50,042 nt of DNA from Thermoplasmata archaeon (GCA_028864975.1 JAGWLG010000028.1:1-50042); one strand, 5' to 3'. Shown: positions 7,530 to 17,677, counted from the first letter of the stretch. A program made the numbers and translations. Notes: generated by a model not told the origin, from the sequence alone.

Positions 7530-9692
7530 TCAGTCCTCGGGCGCAGGGAACCCTGGGAGGAGCGGGTCGTGAGGACTACGTCGCTCGGGGGCTCCGCGCC
7601 CCTCCTCTTCGTCCCCGCCCTTTCGGAAGAACTCCCGGGCGATCTGCGGGAGCTCGTGAACGACCTCGAGGCCGGGCATGGCGGCCGCAAAGGTCTTGGC
7701 CCGTCGGTCGAGAATGACCCCCAGCCCCCGGTCGTGCTCGCTTCGGATCATCCGACCGAGCGCCTGGAGCATCGCCCGCTGCGCCGGGGCCCGCATGGCA
7801 TACTCCCACCCGTGTCCCGTGGTGTGGTCGAGGTAGCGCACGAGGGCCTGGCGCTTGACCGTCGGGCGGGGGAAAGGGACCCCGACCAGGACGACGGCCT
7901 CGAGCTCCTCGTCCGGGAAGTCGATCCCCTCCGCGATGCGCCCTCCGCACACGCCCAGGAGGACCCCCGCCCCCGGGGAACGCTTGAACCCCTCGACGAG
8001 CTTCCAGAGCCCCGCGGAAGACAAGGAACGGCTCTCCAGCACGGCCCCCCGGGGGAGCGCGGAGGAGAGGCCCATGGCCAGGAACCGGTCCAGCAGCGCG
8101 AAGCTCGGGAAGAAGACCGCGGTCTTTACCGGGAGCGCGCGGAGCGTTGTGACGAGCGCATCGTAGAGGCGGCGCAGCGCGTCCGGGTCCCCCGCCACCT
8201 CCTCGTGCCGGCTCGAGACCTCGGGGGCGTAGAACAGACGGCGGTGCTCCGGCGGGAAAGGGGAAGGGACGGTGAGGATCTCGCTCTCCTCCGGCAGCCC
8301 CAACGTATCGCGGTACTCCTCAAGCGGAGCAAGGGTCCCGGACATGTGGACCGAGAGATGGCAGGCGCGCACCGGCGCCGCCGCCTCTCGCGCGTCGAGG
8401 GCGTAGGCCTCGAGCTGTCGCCGAGGGCTCTTCCGCGCGACCTTGACGTACTCGGGAGGCTCGGCCCGAGCCCAAGTGAGCATCGTCTCGGCGACGTTGC
8501 CCACGTACGACCGGGGGAGCCGACGCACCTTGCGCCGTTCCTCCCGCAACCTCTCGCCCCACTCGGCGAGCTCCATGAGCATCGGGTTCAGGTCGCGGCT
8601 CGTCCCTCCGAGCTCGATCAGGAGCCGCTCTTCCATGACCCCCGGTGGGAGCAGGCCGTCCTCCTCGGCCGTGAACTCGTCCACGACCTCCCGGTGGGCA
8701 GCGTGGACCGCCTCCACCAGGCCCCGCGCCGTGCGAGGGAGAGAGCTGGCGGAAAGGAGCGGGAAGTCCCCTAGCTCCTGCAGCTCCGCCCGGGCTCGGC
8801 TGATCGTCTCCTCCCCTAGGGTGAGCGAGGCGACCTCGCGCAGGAACTCGGGAAGATTGTGGGCCTCGTCCACGACCAGGTCGACCTGGTCCGACGCGAC
8901 CCCCATCCAGTCGAGGAGCGAGCGGCGTATCCTGGGATGGAAGTAGAAGATGTAGGGGGCGACCACGAGGGAAGCGCTGCGCGCGAGCCGCTTCGCGAGC
9001 TCGTACGGACAGAGGTTCTCCTGCTTCGCCCACTCGGCGAAGCGGGGCGAGTTGGGGACCTCCTTCGCGACGTGCTCCTGGAGCGTCGGGAGGTCGGACG
9101 ACAGCAAGCGCCCGTAGTAGGGACAGCCTTCAAGGTCGGTGAGCTCGAGCGTACCGGAGGGAAGCGGGGTGGTCGAGCTCGCGGCCGGGGCGTCCCCTCC
9201 CGGGGAGGCTTGGGCCCCCATGCGCTTCTCGGTCGCTCGCTTCCGGTCGGAGCAGAGCTTTCCGAACTCTTCCGCCGTCGCGGTCTCCATCTCGGTCAGG
9301 TCCTCGAGCAGGAGGCAGCGCCCTTGCCGCCCCTCGAGGGAGACCGCGAGGATGGGACTGCCCATCCTCCGTGCGATCGCCTGGACCTCCGAGAGGACGT
9401 GGGCCCCTTGCGAGTGGGTCCGGACCAGATAGAGCACCTTGTGGCCAGCCCTTCGCCCGTGGGCGAGGAGCGGTGCGAGGGCGCTGACGGTCTTGCCGGA
9501 ACCCGTGGGGGCGTCGAGGAGCAGGACCCCACCTTTCTCCGTATGGCGATGGACCGCCTCGACGATCGCGGTCTGGGAAGGCCGGAGGCGGTAGGGGAAG
9601 TACGAGGACCAGGGGGGCTCGGGCTCATGCAGAGCCGGGGAAGCTTGCGCCGCGGCGGGCCCGGGAACAGGAACGGGGGGCTCCTCGGCCAA
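7530..9692 (-). CDS. xpd: XPD/Rad3 (DinG-family) Fe-S DNA helicase
   Basis: Walker A DAPTGSGKT, DEAH box (VVDEAHN), four Fe-S Cys (GRC, KLC, GCPY, LCPYE), SGTL, motif VI QALGRMIRSEHDRG. The TTG start is uncertain. Confidence 0.92.
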   Translation of the reverse strand: MAEEPPVPVPGPAAAQASPALHEPEPPWSSYFPYRLRPSQTAIVEAVHRHTEKGGVLLLDAPTGSGKTVSALAPLLAHGRRAGHKVLYLVRTHSQGAHVLSEVQAIARRMGSPILAVSLEGRQGRCLLLEDLTEMETATAEEFGKLCSDRKRATEKRMGAQASPGGDAPAASSTTPLPSGTLELTDLEGCPYYGRLLSSDLPTLQEHVAKEVPNSPRFAEWAKQENLCPYELAKRLARSASLVVAPYIFYFHPRIRRSLLDWMGVASDQVDLVVDEAHNLPEFLREVASLTLGEETISRARAELQELGDFPLLSASSLPRTARGLVEAVHAAHREVVDEFTAEEDGLLPPGVMEERLLIELGGTSRDLNPMLMELAEWGERLREERRKVRRLPRSYVGNVAETMLTWARAEPPEYVKVARKSPRRQLEAYALDAREAAAPVRACHLSVHMSGTLAPLEEYRDTLGLPEESEILTVPSPFPPEHRRLFYAPEVSSRHEEVAGDPDALRRLYDALVTTLRALPVKTAVFFPSFALLDRFLAMGLSSALPRGAVLESRSLSSAGLWKLVEGFKRSPGAGVLLGVCGGRIAEGIDFPDEELEAVVLVGVPFPRPTVKRQALVRYLDHTTGHGWEYAMRAPAQRAMLQALGRMIRSEHDRGLGVILDRRAKTFAAAMPGLEVVHELPQIAREFFRKGGDEEEGRGAPERRSPHDPLLPGFPAPED

Positions 9693-9791
9693 GGTTCTCC
9701 TCTGGTGTGGGGGAGCTCTGCGGAAAAAGGAGAGGGTTCCACGCGAAGCCTTGCTGAGGAAGGGGAAGCGCGGGCCCCTGAAGAGACCGGC

Positions 9792-10121
9792 CTAACCGTA
9801 GGAGTAGCGGACCCCGTAGGGGCCCCGGGGCATGTTCCACGTCACGGATCCCTGGTCGCAGGCGATGGCGCATGTCCCGCACTCGACGCAGTCCTCGTAG
9901 CGGAACACCAGCTTGCCATTGATCCGGTTGTAGCACTGCGCGGGGCAGGCGTAGGTGCAGAAGGAGTGCGGGCACTTCTCGCAGATCGCGGGCTTGACCG
10001 TGATGTGGGCATGCTCCTCGCTGTCGGTGTTGAACTTGAGCGAGCCCAGCCGGCGCTTGATCTCGATGGCCTGGAGGGGCGCGGCCGTGCCGCTGGGGGC
10101 TGCCGCCGCCGCCTCGGTCAT
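9792..10121 (-). CDS. fixX: FixX-like ferredoxin
   Basis: CEKCPHSFCTYACPAQCY and YEDCVECGTCAIAC; 4-nt ATGA overlap with the upstream fixC-like gene. Confidence 0.88.
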   Translation of the reverse strand: MTEAAAAAPSGTAAPLQAIEIKRRLGSLKFNTDSEEHAHITVKPAICEKCPHSFCTYACPAQCYNRINGKLVFRYEDCVECGTCAIACDQGSVTWNMPRGPYGVRYSYG

Positions 10122-11416
10122 AGAGAGAACACCGCCGTAACCGCGTCACGTCCCAGGGCCGTATAGGGTACCGCCGACCCTTTCACCGTCTCTTCCAGGA
10201 GCGAGCGCAAATGCTCCTTCGGCTGCCCCTTTTCGGTCATCATCCGCCGGAAGAAACTGGAGAGGAGCGCGGGGTAGGCCTGGTGGAGCCGTGGGTTCCA
10301 GCGCAGACGCGCGGCCCGAGGATCGGCCTGGCCGAGCCCGTCGAGCATGCCCGCCGCCCGGAGACGAGAAGGGTATCGGGCGAGCATGCGCCCCGAGGTG
10401 TCCTTCGTCTCGATCGCCTCACGAGCGGTGGCCGCGGCCGCGGTCGCGCTCTGCAGGGTCAGGTCCGCCCCTCGCACGGCGATGCCGGAGGAGGCCCCCG
10501 CCAGCGCCGCGTCTCCCACGACAAGGAAGCCGTCGCCGTAGAGCGACATTCGAGAGGACCTTTTCGTGGGGATGGAGAGCGTCGTGGTCGAGCGACGTGC
10601 GCCGCCTCGGAGGAAGGGGGCGATCTCAGGATGGGTTTCGAACCGGTTCATGACCTCCTTGGGACCGATCCCTGACGTCGACACTGACCGATCATGGACG
10701 ACCACGCCGACATGTACCGAGGCGTTCCCCGGATAGACGAACCCCAACGCCATGGCGCCCTTGGGGAGGTACCCAAGGACCGTTTCGAAGGTGAAGCCGC
10801 GTCCAGGCCCCGCGCCGAACTTGTCATCCACGCGGGAAGGGGGGAGGTCGAAGACGCTCTCCACAACGCTCTCGTCTCCGACCCCACCGGAGCGAGCGCC
10901 CGCTCGGACCCCGGACTTGGCGGCCAGGGGGAGGACCCCAGGGTCCTCGAAGATCGTCAGAGCGGCTTCCGAGCTCTTTCCGCCGGCCTTGACCCCGGTC
11001 ACACGGCCCGCCCGGTCGGCCAACACCGCTTCGACGACGGCATCCTGCACGACCGTGGCCCCCGCGCGTTGCGCCCGACCCCGTGCCCAGGCCTCGGCCG
11101 GGGCACGGTCCAAGACCCACCCCGTTGAGGTGGTCGCCCAAGCCAGGTCGCGGAAGTTGATCGAGAGCGCAGCGTCCGAGGTGAGGAAGCCGACCCGCCG
11201 TTCGACGATCCTCCGCAGGAGCGGCGCTCCGGGACCCTTGCCGAGGGGACTCGCCGCGACGTCGGTCCGCCACAGCACCCCTCCCGCGGGGCGAGGGGCC
11301 GAGCCGCCCTTGGGCTCCAAGAGCAGCACCGAGCGGCCCGCGGCCCGCAGGTCGCTCGCGATCAGGCCGCCCGCGACGCCGTTGCCCACGACGATGACGT
11401 CGAACCGCTCCGACAT
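10118..11416 (-). CDS. fixC: FixC/geranylgeranyl-reductase-family FAD oxidoreductase
   Basis: N-terminal dinucleotide fold FDVIVVGNGVAG, LYGDGFLVVGDAA and a RG.DL motif; translationally coupled to fixX. Confidence 0.78.
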   Translation of the reverse strand: MSERFDVIVVGNGVAGGLIASDLRAAGRSVLLLEPKGGSAPRPAGGVLWRTDVAASPLGKGPGAPLLRRIVERRVGFLTSDAALSINFRDLAWATTSTGWVLDRAPAEAWARGRAQRAGATVVQDAVVEAVLADRAGRVTGVKAGGKSSEAALTIFEDPGVLPLAAKSGVRAGARSGGVGDESVVESVFDLPPSRVDDKFGAGPGRGFTFETVLGYLPKGAMALGFVYPGNASVHVGVVVHDRSVSTSGIGPKEVMNRFETHPEIAPFLRGGARRSTTTLSIPTKRSSRMSLYGDGFLVVGDAALAGASSGIAVRGADLTLQSATAAAATAREAIETKDTSGRMLARYPSRLRAAGMLDGLGQADPRAARLRWNPRLHQAYPALLSSFFRRMMTEKGQPKEHLRSLLEETVKGSAVPYTALGRDAVTAVFSL

Positions 11417-11622
11417 CGAAGGCCCTCGGCTTGGCTACAGGGCCCTCCTAGAAAACGCCGCCGCTCGGGCGACATCACCTACGACGGCGCACTTCTCCCT
11501 GCTCCCCCATAGGCGCGCGCGAGGGCTCGCTCGGCGCTCTCGAGCGGGGCGGGAAGGATAGGGTCGAGGTCGACCGGCCCTTGGAGCAGCACGGGGTGCC
11601 GCCAAGAGCGCGACCGAGCCGG

Positions 11623-13101
11623 TCAGAGCTTCTTGAGCTCCTGCACGAGCTTCGCGACGGTCTCCTGAGCGTCGCCGTAGACCATCCGCGTGTTGTCCTT
11701 GTAGAACAGGTCGTTCTCGATCCCCGCGAACCCCTTGCCCTGGCCGCGCTTGAGCACCAGCACGTGCTTGGCCGCGTCCACGTCGAGGATGGGCATGCCG
11801 AAGAGCGGGCTCCCTTGGCGGCGGGCGGCAGGGTTCACCACGTCGTTCGCTCCGATGACCATGACGACGTCCGCGGAAGCGAACTCCTGGTTGATCTCGT
11901 CCCGGTCGAAGAGGTGGTCGTAGGGAACGCCGGCCTCCGCCAGCAGGACATTCATGTGCCCGGGCATCCGGCCCGCGACCGGGTGGATGGCGAACTTGAC
12001 CTGGACGTCCTTCTTCTCGAGGACGTCCATCATCTCCTTGACCTTGTGCTGGGCCTGGGCGACGGCCATCCCGTAGCCGGGGGCGACGATGACCTTCCCT
12101 GCGTAGGCCAGGAGGGCCGCGGCATCGGCCACCTCCATGGGCTTCATCGAGCCCTTGATCTCGGTGCCGGTCTCCTCCTTCGAGCCGAAGGCGCTGAAGA
12201 GCACGTTCGAGATCGACCGGTTCATCGCCTTCGCCATGAGCAGCGTCAGGAGCGACCCTGCGGACCCTACGAGCATCCCGGCGACGATCATCGCGTAGTT
12301 CGAGGTCGCGAAACCGTCCAGCCCGACCGCGATCCCTGTGAAGGCGTTGAAGAGCGAGATCACGACCGGCATGTCGGCACCGCCGATCGGTACGGCCATC
12401 ATGAACCCGTAGGCGAGTCCCAGGACGAAGAAGAGCAGCAGGGCCGTGTTGATGCCGAAGTAGGGAAGAGCGACCGTCGTGCCGATCGCCCCGACGTGCC
12501 CGCTGTCGTTGAGGAGCGTGACCGCCCCGAAGACGATGGCCGCAAGGAGCACGATGACGTTCACGAACTGCTGTCCGGGGAAGGTGATCGGCTTCTGCCG
12601 CATCCAACCCTGGAGCTTGAGGAAGGCGATCAGGCTCCCCGCGAACGAGACCGCGCCGATGAGCCCCCCGACCACGGCGAGCGAGAGGTACCCCACGGTG
12701 TCGGTGCGAGCGATGAGCGCGAGACCCGCGATCCCGGCGGCGGCCCCGCCCCCCATCCCGTTGTAGATCGCGACCATCTGGGGCATGTCGGTCATCTTGA
12801 CCCGGATGGCCCAAAGGTAGGCGAGGCCGCCGCCGAGCAGGACGGCCACGGCCATGAGCGAGAGGTTCACCTCGAGCTGGCCGGTCGAGATGCCCGGGTT
12901 GACCGTGAGGAAGGCCTGCCAGCTGATCCCCGGAAGGATCCCGGAGATGAGGATCGCGAGCAGCATCCCGGCACCCGCCCAGAGGATCCCCTTGCGGGCC
13001 GTCGCGGGGTTGCTCATCTCGTGGAGCGCGTAGATGAAGAGGATCGTGGCGAGGATGTACACCCCGTCCTTGACGTAGCCGAGCAAGACCGGGTCGACCA
13101 T
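11623..13101 (-). CDS. pntB: NAD(P)+ transhydrogenase beta subunit
   Basis: GGADMPVVISL, YGMAVAQAQ, HPVAGRMPGHMNVLLAEA, VIGANDVVNPAA; multiple TM helices. Confidence 0.96.
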   Translation of the reverse strand: MVDPVLLGYVKDGVYILATILFIYALHEMSNPATARKGILWAGAGMLLAILISGILPGISWQAFLTVNPGISTGQLEVNLSLMAVAVLLGGGLAYLWAIRVKMTDMPQMVAIYNGMGGGAAAGIAGLALIARTDTVGYLSLAVVGGLIGAVSFAGSLIAFLKLQGWMRQKPITFPGQQFVNVIVLLAAIVFGAVTLLNDSGHVGAIGTTVALPYFGINTALLLFFVLGLAYGFMMAVPIGGADMPVVISLFNAFTGIAVGLDGFATSNYAMIVAGMLVGSAGSLLTLLMAKAMNRSISNVLFSAFGSKEETGTEIKGSMKPMEVADAAALLAYAGKVIVAPGYGMAVAQAQHKVKEMMDVLEKKDVQVKFAIHPVAGRMPGHMNVLLAEAGVPYDHLFDRDEINQEFASADVVMVIGANDVVNPAARRQGSPLFGMPILDVDAAKHVLVLKRGQGKGFAGIENDLFYKDNTRMVYGDAQETVAKLVQELKKL

Positions 13102-13102
13102 C

Positions 13103-13420
13103 TCAGGACTCCTTCTTGCCGCCGCCGGGGCCTTTCTTCGACCGGTCGAACATCTCCAGGATCCGGTCGGTGACCGCGTACCCGCCCGTCACGTTGGCCG
13201 CCCCGAGCACGACGGCGACGAACCCGAGGACCTCTTCGGCGGGGTTGGTCGCGAAGGCGAGCGCGACCATGGCGCCCACGAGCACGACCCCGTGGATGAA
13301 GTTCGAGCCGCTCATGAGCGGCGTGTGCAAGAGCGAGGGAACGCGCGCGATCACCTCGTAGCCGGTGAAGGCGGCGAGCACGGCGATGAACGCGGCCGAG
13401 ATCGGGTCGATGGTCGTCAC
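13103..13420 (-). CDS. pntAB: NAD(P)+ transhydrogenase alpha subunit part 2 (membrane)
   Basis: VPSLLHTPLMSGSNFIHG and NVTGGYAVTDRILEMF; GTGA overlap with pntAA. Confidence 0.95.
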   Translation of the reverse strand: MTTIDPISAAFIAVLAAFTGYEVIARVPSLLHTPLMSGSNFIHGVVLVGAMVALAFATNPAEEVLGFVAVVLGAANVTGGYAVTDRILEMFDRSKKGPGGGKKES

Positions 13421-14559
13421 TTCGCGCCCCCCGCGAGCAGGTCGCGCGTCGGGGCGTACTTGACCTCCCCGTTCGTCACGAGGACGCTCGCGGCCAGGAT
13501 CTCGTCGGTGAAGGAGGTCGTGAGCTTGCCGTCCTTGCCCACCAGGAGCTCCAGGAAGGCCTGGAGGTTCTTCGCGTAGAGCTGGCTCGAGTGGAAGGAG
13601 AGACGGCTCGGGAGGTTCAAGGGACCCAGGATGCTGACGCCGTTCACGACCACGGTCTCCCCGGGCTTCGTGAGCTCGCAGTTCCCTCCCGACTCAGCGG
13701 CCAGGTCGACGATGACCGATCCAGGGCGCATGTGCGCGACCATGTCCTTGTCGATGAGCCGGGGCGCTTTCCTCCCGGGCACGTTCGCGGTGGTGATGGC
13801 CACGTCCGCGTCGGCGACGGCCTCGGAGACGAGCTTCTGCTGCATCGCCTTCTCTTCGGCCGTGAGCTCGCGTGCGTACCCTCCCGTCCCTTTCGCATCG
13901 ATCTGGAGCTCCAGGAACTTCGCGCCCAGCGAGCGGACCTGCTCGCCCGCTTCCCGGCGCACGTCATAGGCCGAGACCATCGCCCCAAGACGGCGGGCCG
14001 TCGCGATCGCCTGGAGGCCCGCGACCCCCGCACCCATGATCAGCACCTTCGCCGGCCGGACCGTTCCTGCGGCGGTCGTGAGCATCGGGAAGTACTTCGG
14101 ACAGGCCTCGGCGCCTAGGAGGACGCTCTCGTACCCGGCGACGTTCGCCTGGGAGGAGAGGGCGTCCATCACCTGCGCCCGCGTGATGCGCGGGACGAGC
14201 TCCATGGAGAAGGCGGTGAGCTTGCGGTCGCGCAGCGAGACGATGGTGTCGAGGGCGCGGGTGGGGTTCATGAAACCCACGACGATCGCGCCCGGTTTCA
14301 TCCAGGCGACCTCCTCGACGCTCGGAGGCTGGACCTTGAGCAGGATGTCCGCCGAAGCGACCACGTCCTTGCGGTCGGGGACCACCTTCGCGCCGACCTT
14401 GGCGTACGCTTCGTCGGTGTAGTACGCGTTCGTCCCCGCGCCGGCCTCGACCTTCACCTCGACCCCAGACTTCGTGAGGCGGGCGATCACCTCGGGCGTG
14501 AGGGCCACCCGTCGCTCCCCGACGGTGGTCTCCCGAGGGACGGAAACGGTGACCGGCAT
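13417..14559 (-). CDS. pntAA: NAD(P)+ transhydrogenase alpha subunit part 1 (dI)
   Basis: VPRET..GERRVALTP, QVMDALSSQAN, GAGVAGLQAIATARRLGA, DLAAESGGNCELT. Start placed at ATG 14559 rather than the ORF-track 14634. Confidence 0.95.
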   Translation of the reverse strand: MPVTVSVPRETTVGERRVALTPEVIARLTKSGVEVKVEAGAGTNAYYTDEAYAKVGAKVVPDRKDVVASADILLKVQPPSVEEVAWMKPGAIVVGFMNPTRALDTIVSLRDRKLTAFSMELVPRITRAQVMDALSSQANVAGYESVLLGAEACPKYFPMLTTAAGTVRPAKVLIMGAGVAGLQAIATARRLGAMVSAYDVRREAGEQVRSLGAKFLELQIDAKGTGGYARELTAEEKAMQQKLVSEAVADADVAITTANVPGRKAPRLIDKDMVAHMRPGSVIVDLAAESGGNCELTKPGETVVVNGVSILGPLNLPSRLSFHSSQLYAKNLQAFLELLVGKDGKLTTSFTDEILAASVLVTNGEVKYAPTRDLLAGGAK

Positions 14560-14739
14560 GGGCTTCGCGCGGTCCCACGCGGACGGGTAGATATTGGCTA
14601 CGGAGGCGGGGGTCCCGACGAGGGGCCGCGACAATCCACCTTCCCTCCGACAGAAGACGTACCGGTTCGGGAGGACGTTGACGGGCCCGCGAGTGCTGCG
14701 AGGGCCTGGCCCTCGCCCTACGCCGGTGACAGCGTCGGT

Positions 14740-17610
14740 CTAACCTTCCGCGGGCTCGGACCCGGGAGCGTCGTGCTGGCTCTGGAACGCGGATCCGGCT
14801 CCTGGCTCCGGTGTCGTGGAGGGGACGGCCTCGGGCGCGACCTGCATCGAGGACGCGGAGCCCTCGACCGGCTCTTCCGGCTCGGCCCTTTGCGAAGAGG
14901 ACGTAGGGGGACCGCGCCGCGACCGACCCCTGCGGTAGCGAACGAGGAGAGCGGCGAGCACGCTCAGGACCCCGAGGAGAGCGAGGTCCAGGACCCCCAC
15001 GAGCGAGGTCGGGTAGAGTATCGAGAGGGGTCCTGGCAGCCACCCCGGCGGGCCGCCATGCGCAGCGGCCGCGGGCGGACTCGCGGGCTCCGTGAAGGAG
15101 ACCGTGTTCGAGGGAACGCTCGAGTAGGCCCCGGCTCGGGAGAACATGAAGCAGCTGTAGAAGGCCGACGGGGAGAGCCCGGTCACATTGTAGACGGTAG
15201 AGGCGGGAGGTATCGAACCGATGACCCGGGGCGACGCCCCTGCCGAGGAGGAGGTGCAGTTGAGGGTGTAGCTGCCGATCGAGGAGCCCGCGGTCGGGAG
15301 CTGCCAGGAGAGGACCGCGTATCCCGGCCCGACCTCCCCCACCGTCAGGTAGAGCGGGGGTTGGGGCAGTGCGAGCGTGGTGCCGGTCACCCAGACGCTC
15401 CACTGGCCCTGACCGGTCGAGTTGACGCCCGCCAGCGCCAACCAGTACTGGGTCGCCGGCGTCAGACCGCCGAAGCTGTAGGTGGTCGACGCCCCGCCCA
15501 GCGTCGCGATCTGGAACCCACCTTGTCCACCCGTCGGGGGAGAACCTCCGGCAGAGTAGCCGAGCGCGTAGGAGATGAGCGTCCCGGGAGGGGGGGTCCA
15601 CGCGAGGGAGATGGACGTCGTGGTCTCTCCCGTGACGGACAGGCCCGCAGGCGCCCTCGGGACATTGTAGAGGACCACCTCGGTCAAGGTCGAGGGGGAG
15701 GAGGACAGGACGGTCAGGTTGGTGTAGGCCTGGTTCAGCGATTGGACCGACATCCCGCTCCCGGTGACCTGCCACTGGACGAAGACGAAGCCGGGATTGG
15801 GGACGGCGAGGAGAGGGTAGGGGGTCCCGACGGAGGCCGTCACGTTCTGTCCGCTCGAGTAGGTGCTGCCCCCGATCTCGACCGAGGCGGCGTTCGCCGG
15901 GAAGGAGACGAACGTGATCGCGGTCCGGGTGACGAAAGAGACCGTGACCGTGGCGGGAGAGCTGCCGGTGATGGTCAACGTGGTCGAAGGGTTCGTCGCC
16001 GATCCGACGGAGACCGAGCCGGTCGACGACCACCCGCTGAACACGTAGCCGGAAGGGGCGCTGACGGACATCGGAAAGGTGGCCCCGCCGGGAAAGGCCT
16101 GCGACTGCCCGTTCGTGAAGCTCGAGCTCCCTACGGTGATGACCCCCACGGTCGACGGGAGCGTGTAGAACGTGACCGGGGTCCCGATGATCTTGAGGTT
16201 GCACCCCTGCCCGGCGGTCGAGCTCTGTCCCCGGGAGTCCGTCACCTTGACCGTCGGGTTCACCGTGCCCAACGCGGTGTACACGTGGTTCGCCGGGTTC
16301 CCCGAGCCCGTCGTACCATCCCCGAAGCTCCAGGCGTACGTGTAGGGGGAGGTCCCACCCGTCACCGCGGCCGTGAAGCGGAGCGTGTCGAGCGTGTTGA
16401 CACTGTCCCCGCAGTTCACCGACCTCCCCGTGGTGAGGTCGAAGATGGACATGCTGACGGATAGGCCGATGACGTTGAAGGAACAGCCCTGTCCCGTGGT
16501 GGCCGTGTTGCCAGAGCTGTCGGTGACCGTCAGCAGCGGGGTGACAGTTCCGGGCGCCGAGTACACGTGGTTCGCGGGGTTCCCGGACCCGGTACCCCCG
16601 TCGCCGAAGCTCCACGCCCAGGAGTAGGGGGACTGGCCCCCCGACACGGTCCCGGTGAACTGGATGTTGTCCCCGGTGTTGAACGTCCCCCCGCAGGATA
16701 GGGAGCTCCCCGTGGTCGTGTCCTTCATCCCGTAGGAGGAGCTCATGCCGCCGCCCCCCACCGTGAGCGCGGCGTTGTAAGCGACCGCGATGTTCCAGCT
16801 GTAGCTGGCGGTGAGCCCTCCACCAGAGCACATGACTAGGTGCCATGCATCGTACTGGCCCGAGCAGGAGTAGGTCGTCGTGTAGACCAGGCTACCCGCG
16901 TTGTAGGAGGGTCCGAGCACGCCGGGGTCGAAGCTCGCCCCGTAGCGGTTGCTCTCGTATCCCAGGTAGTTCGTCCCAGCGGCGAAGGAGATGAAGTGGA
17001 TCCAGCTGGAGGAGCAGGACCCCCAGTTGCTGTTCGCGTAGTTGAGCGCCCAGGAGTCCGGCGACTGGCTCCCGGCACCGCCCCCGCACCAGGAAGAGGA
17101 GAGGTCCTGCATGATGTCGTTCACCCCGTCGGTCCCGAACGAGGTCTCCGGGCCGGTCTCGGTCACGATGTTGATCTCGGGAACGCCGTAATGAGTGGAG
17201 ACCGTCGAGATCATGTTCCCGTACGTCGAGAGCTCCCAGCGGATGTCGCTCTGGGCCTGCGAGAAGCTGTAGTCCGACCCCGACGAAGGGTACCCGTAGC
17301 CCGAGACCTGGAACCCACCGCTGTCGATCTCCCACGCGAGGCCGGACCCACAGGAGATGTAGTTCGAACAGGAGACCCAGCCTCCCGTACCTGGGTCCGG
17401 AGGCAGCTGCGGGCGTTCGACCCAAGCGGGCGCCCCCGGCAGAGACGCTGGAGCGCCGGACCCGACGGCGAAGTGCACGCTCGCGCCGCTCGTGCCCCAC
17501 GCTCCGGGGAACAGGAGCGCAGCCAGGAGCAAGGCGGGCCCCCATGCGAGGTCAGCGCCAGTGGAAGGGCCGCTCGCGAGCCTGCGAGCGGCGGGCGATT
17601 GCCAGACCAC
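14740..17610 (-). CDS. Membrane-anchored surface protein: putative lysozyme-like/SLT domain + 2 PKD + beta-sandwich spacer + 2 FN3 + TM
   Basis: Signal-like N-terminus. YGVPE-x9-ETSF (E155), IMQ (166-168), AGTNYL (211-216), YNAG (236-239). Two ~85-aa Cys-clamped PKD repeats (WSFGDG), FN3 motifs (APAGLSV...SISLAWTPP; YAVLSWQLP), C-terminal TM then RYRRGRSRR. Confidence 0.75.
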   Translation of the reverse strand: MVWQSPAARRLASGPSTGADLAWGPALLLAALLFPGAWGTSGASVHFAVGSGAPASLPGAPAWVERPQLPPDPGTGGWVSCSNYISCGSGLAWEIDSGGFQVSGYGYPSSGSDYSFSQAQSDIRWELSTYGNMISTVSTHYGVPEINIVTETGPETSFGTDGVNDIMQDLSSSWCGGGAGSQSPDSWALNYANSNWGSCSSSWIHFISFAAGTNYLGYESNRYGASFDPGVLGPSYNAGSLVYTTTYSCSGQYDAWHLVMCSGGGLTASYSWNIAVAYNAALTVGGGGMSSSYGMKDTTTGSSLSCGGTFNTGDNIQFTGTVSGGQSPYSWAWSFGDGGTGSGNPANHVYSAPGTVTPLLTVTDSSGNTATTGQGCSFNVIGLSVSMSIFDLTTGRSVNCGDSVNTLDTLRFTAAVTGGTSPYTYAWSFGDGTTGSGNPANHVYTALGTVNPTVKVTDSRGQSSTAGQGCNLKIIGTPVTFYTLPSTVGVITVGSSSFTNGQSQAFPGGATFPMSVSAPSGYVFSGWSSTGSVSVGSATNPSTTLTITGSSPATVTVSFVTRTAITFVSFPANAASVEIGGSTYSSGQNVTASVGTPYPLLAVPNPGFVFVQWQVTGSGMSVQSLNQAYTNLTVLSSSPSTLTEVVLYNVPRAPAGLSVTGETTTSISLAWTPPPGTLISYALGYSAGGSPPTGGQGGFQIATLGGASTTYSFGGLTPATQYWLALAGVNSTGQGQWSVWVTGTTLALPQPPLYLTVGEVGPGYAVLSWQLPTAGSSIGSYTLNCTSSSAGASPRVIGSIPPASTVYNVTGLSPSAFYSCFMFSRAGAYSSVPSNTVSFTEPASPPAAAAHGGPPGWLPGPLSILYPTSLVGVLDLALLGVLSVLAALLVRYRRGRSRRGPPTSSSQRAEPEEPVEGSASSMQVAPEAVPSTTPEPGAGSAFQSQHDAPGSEPAEG

Positions 17611-17677
17611 GCCCAGAAATGGTCGGGGGTCCCAATTTAGCTTCGGGGGACCGAGGACACCCTACGGATTCCGGAGC

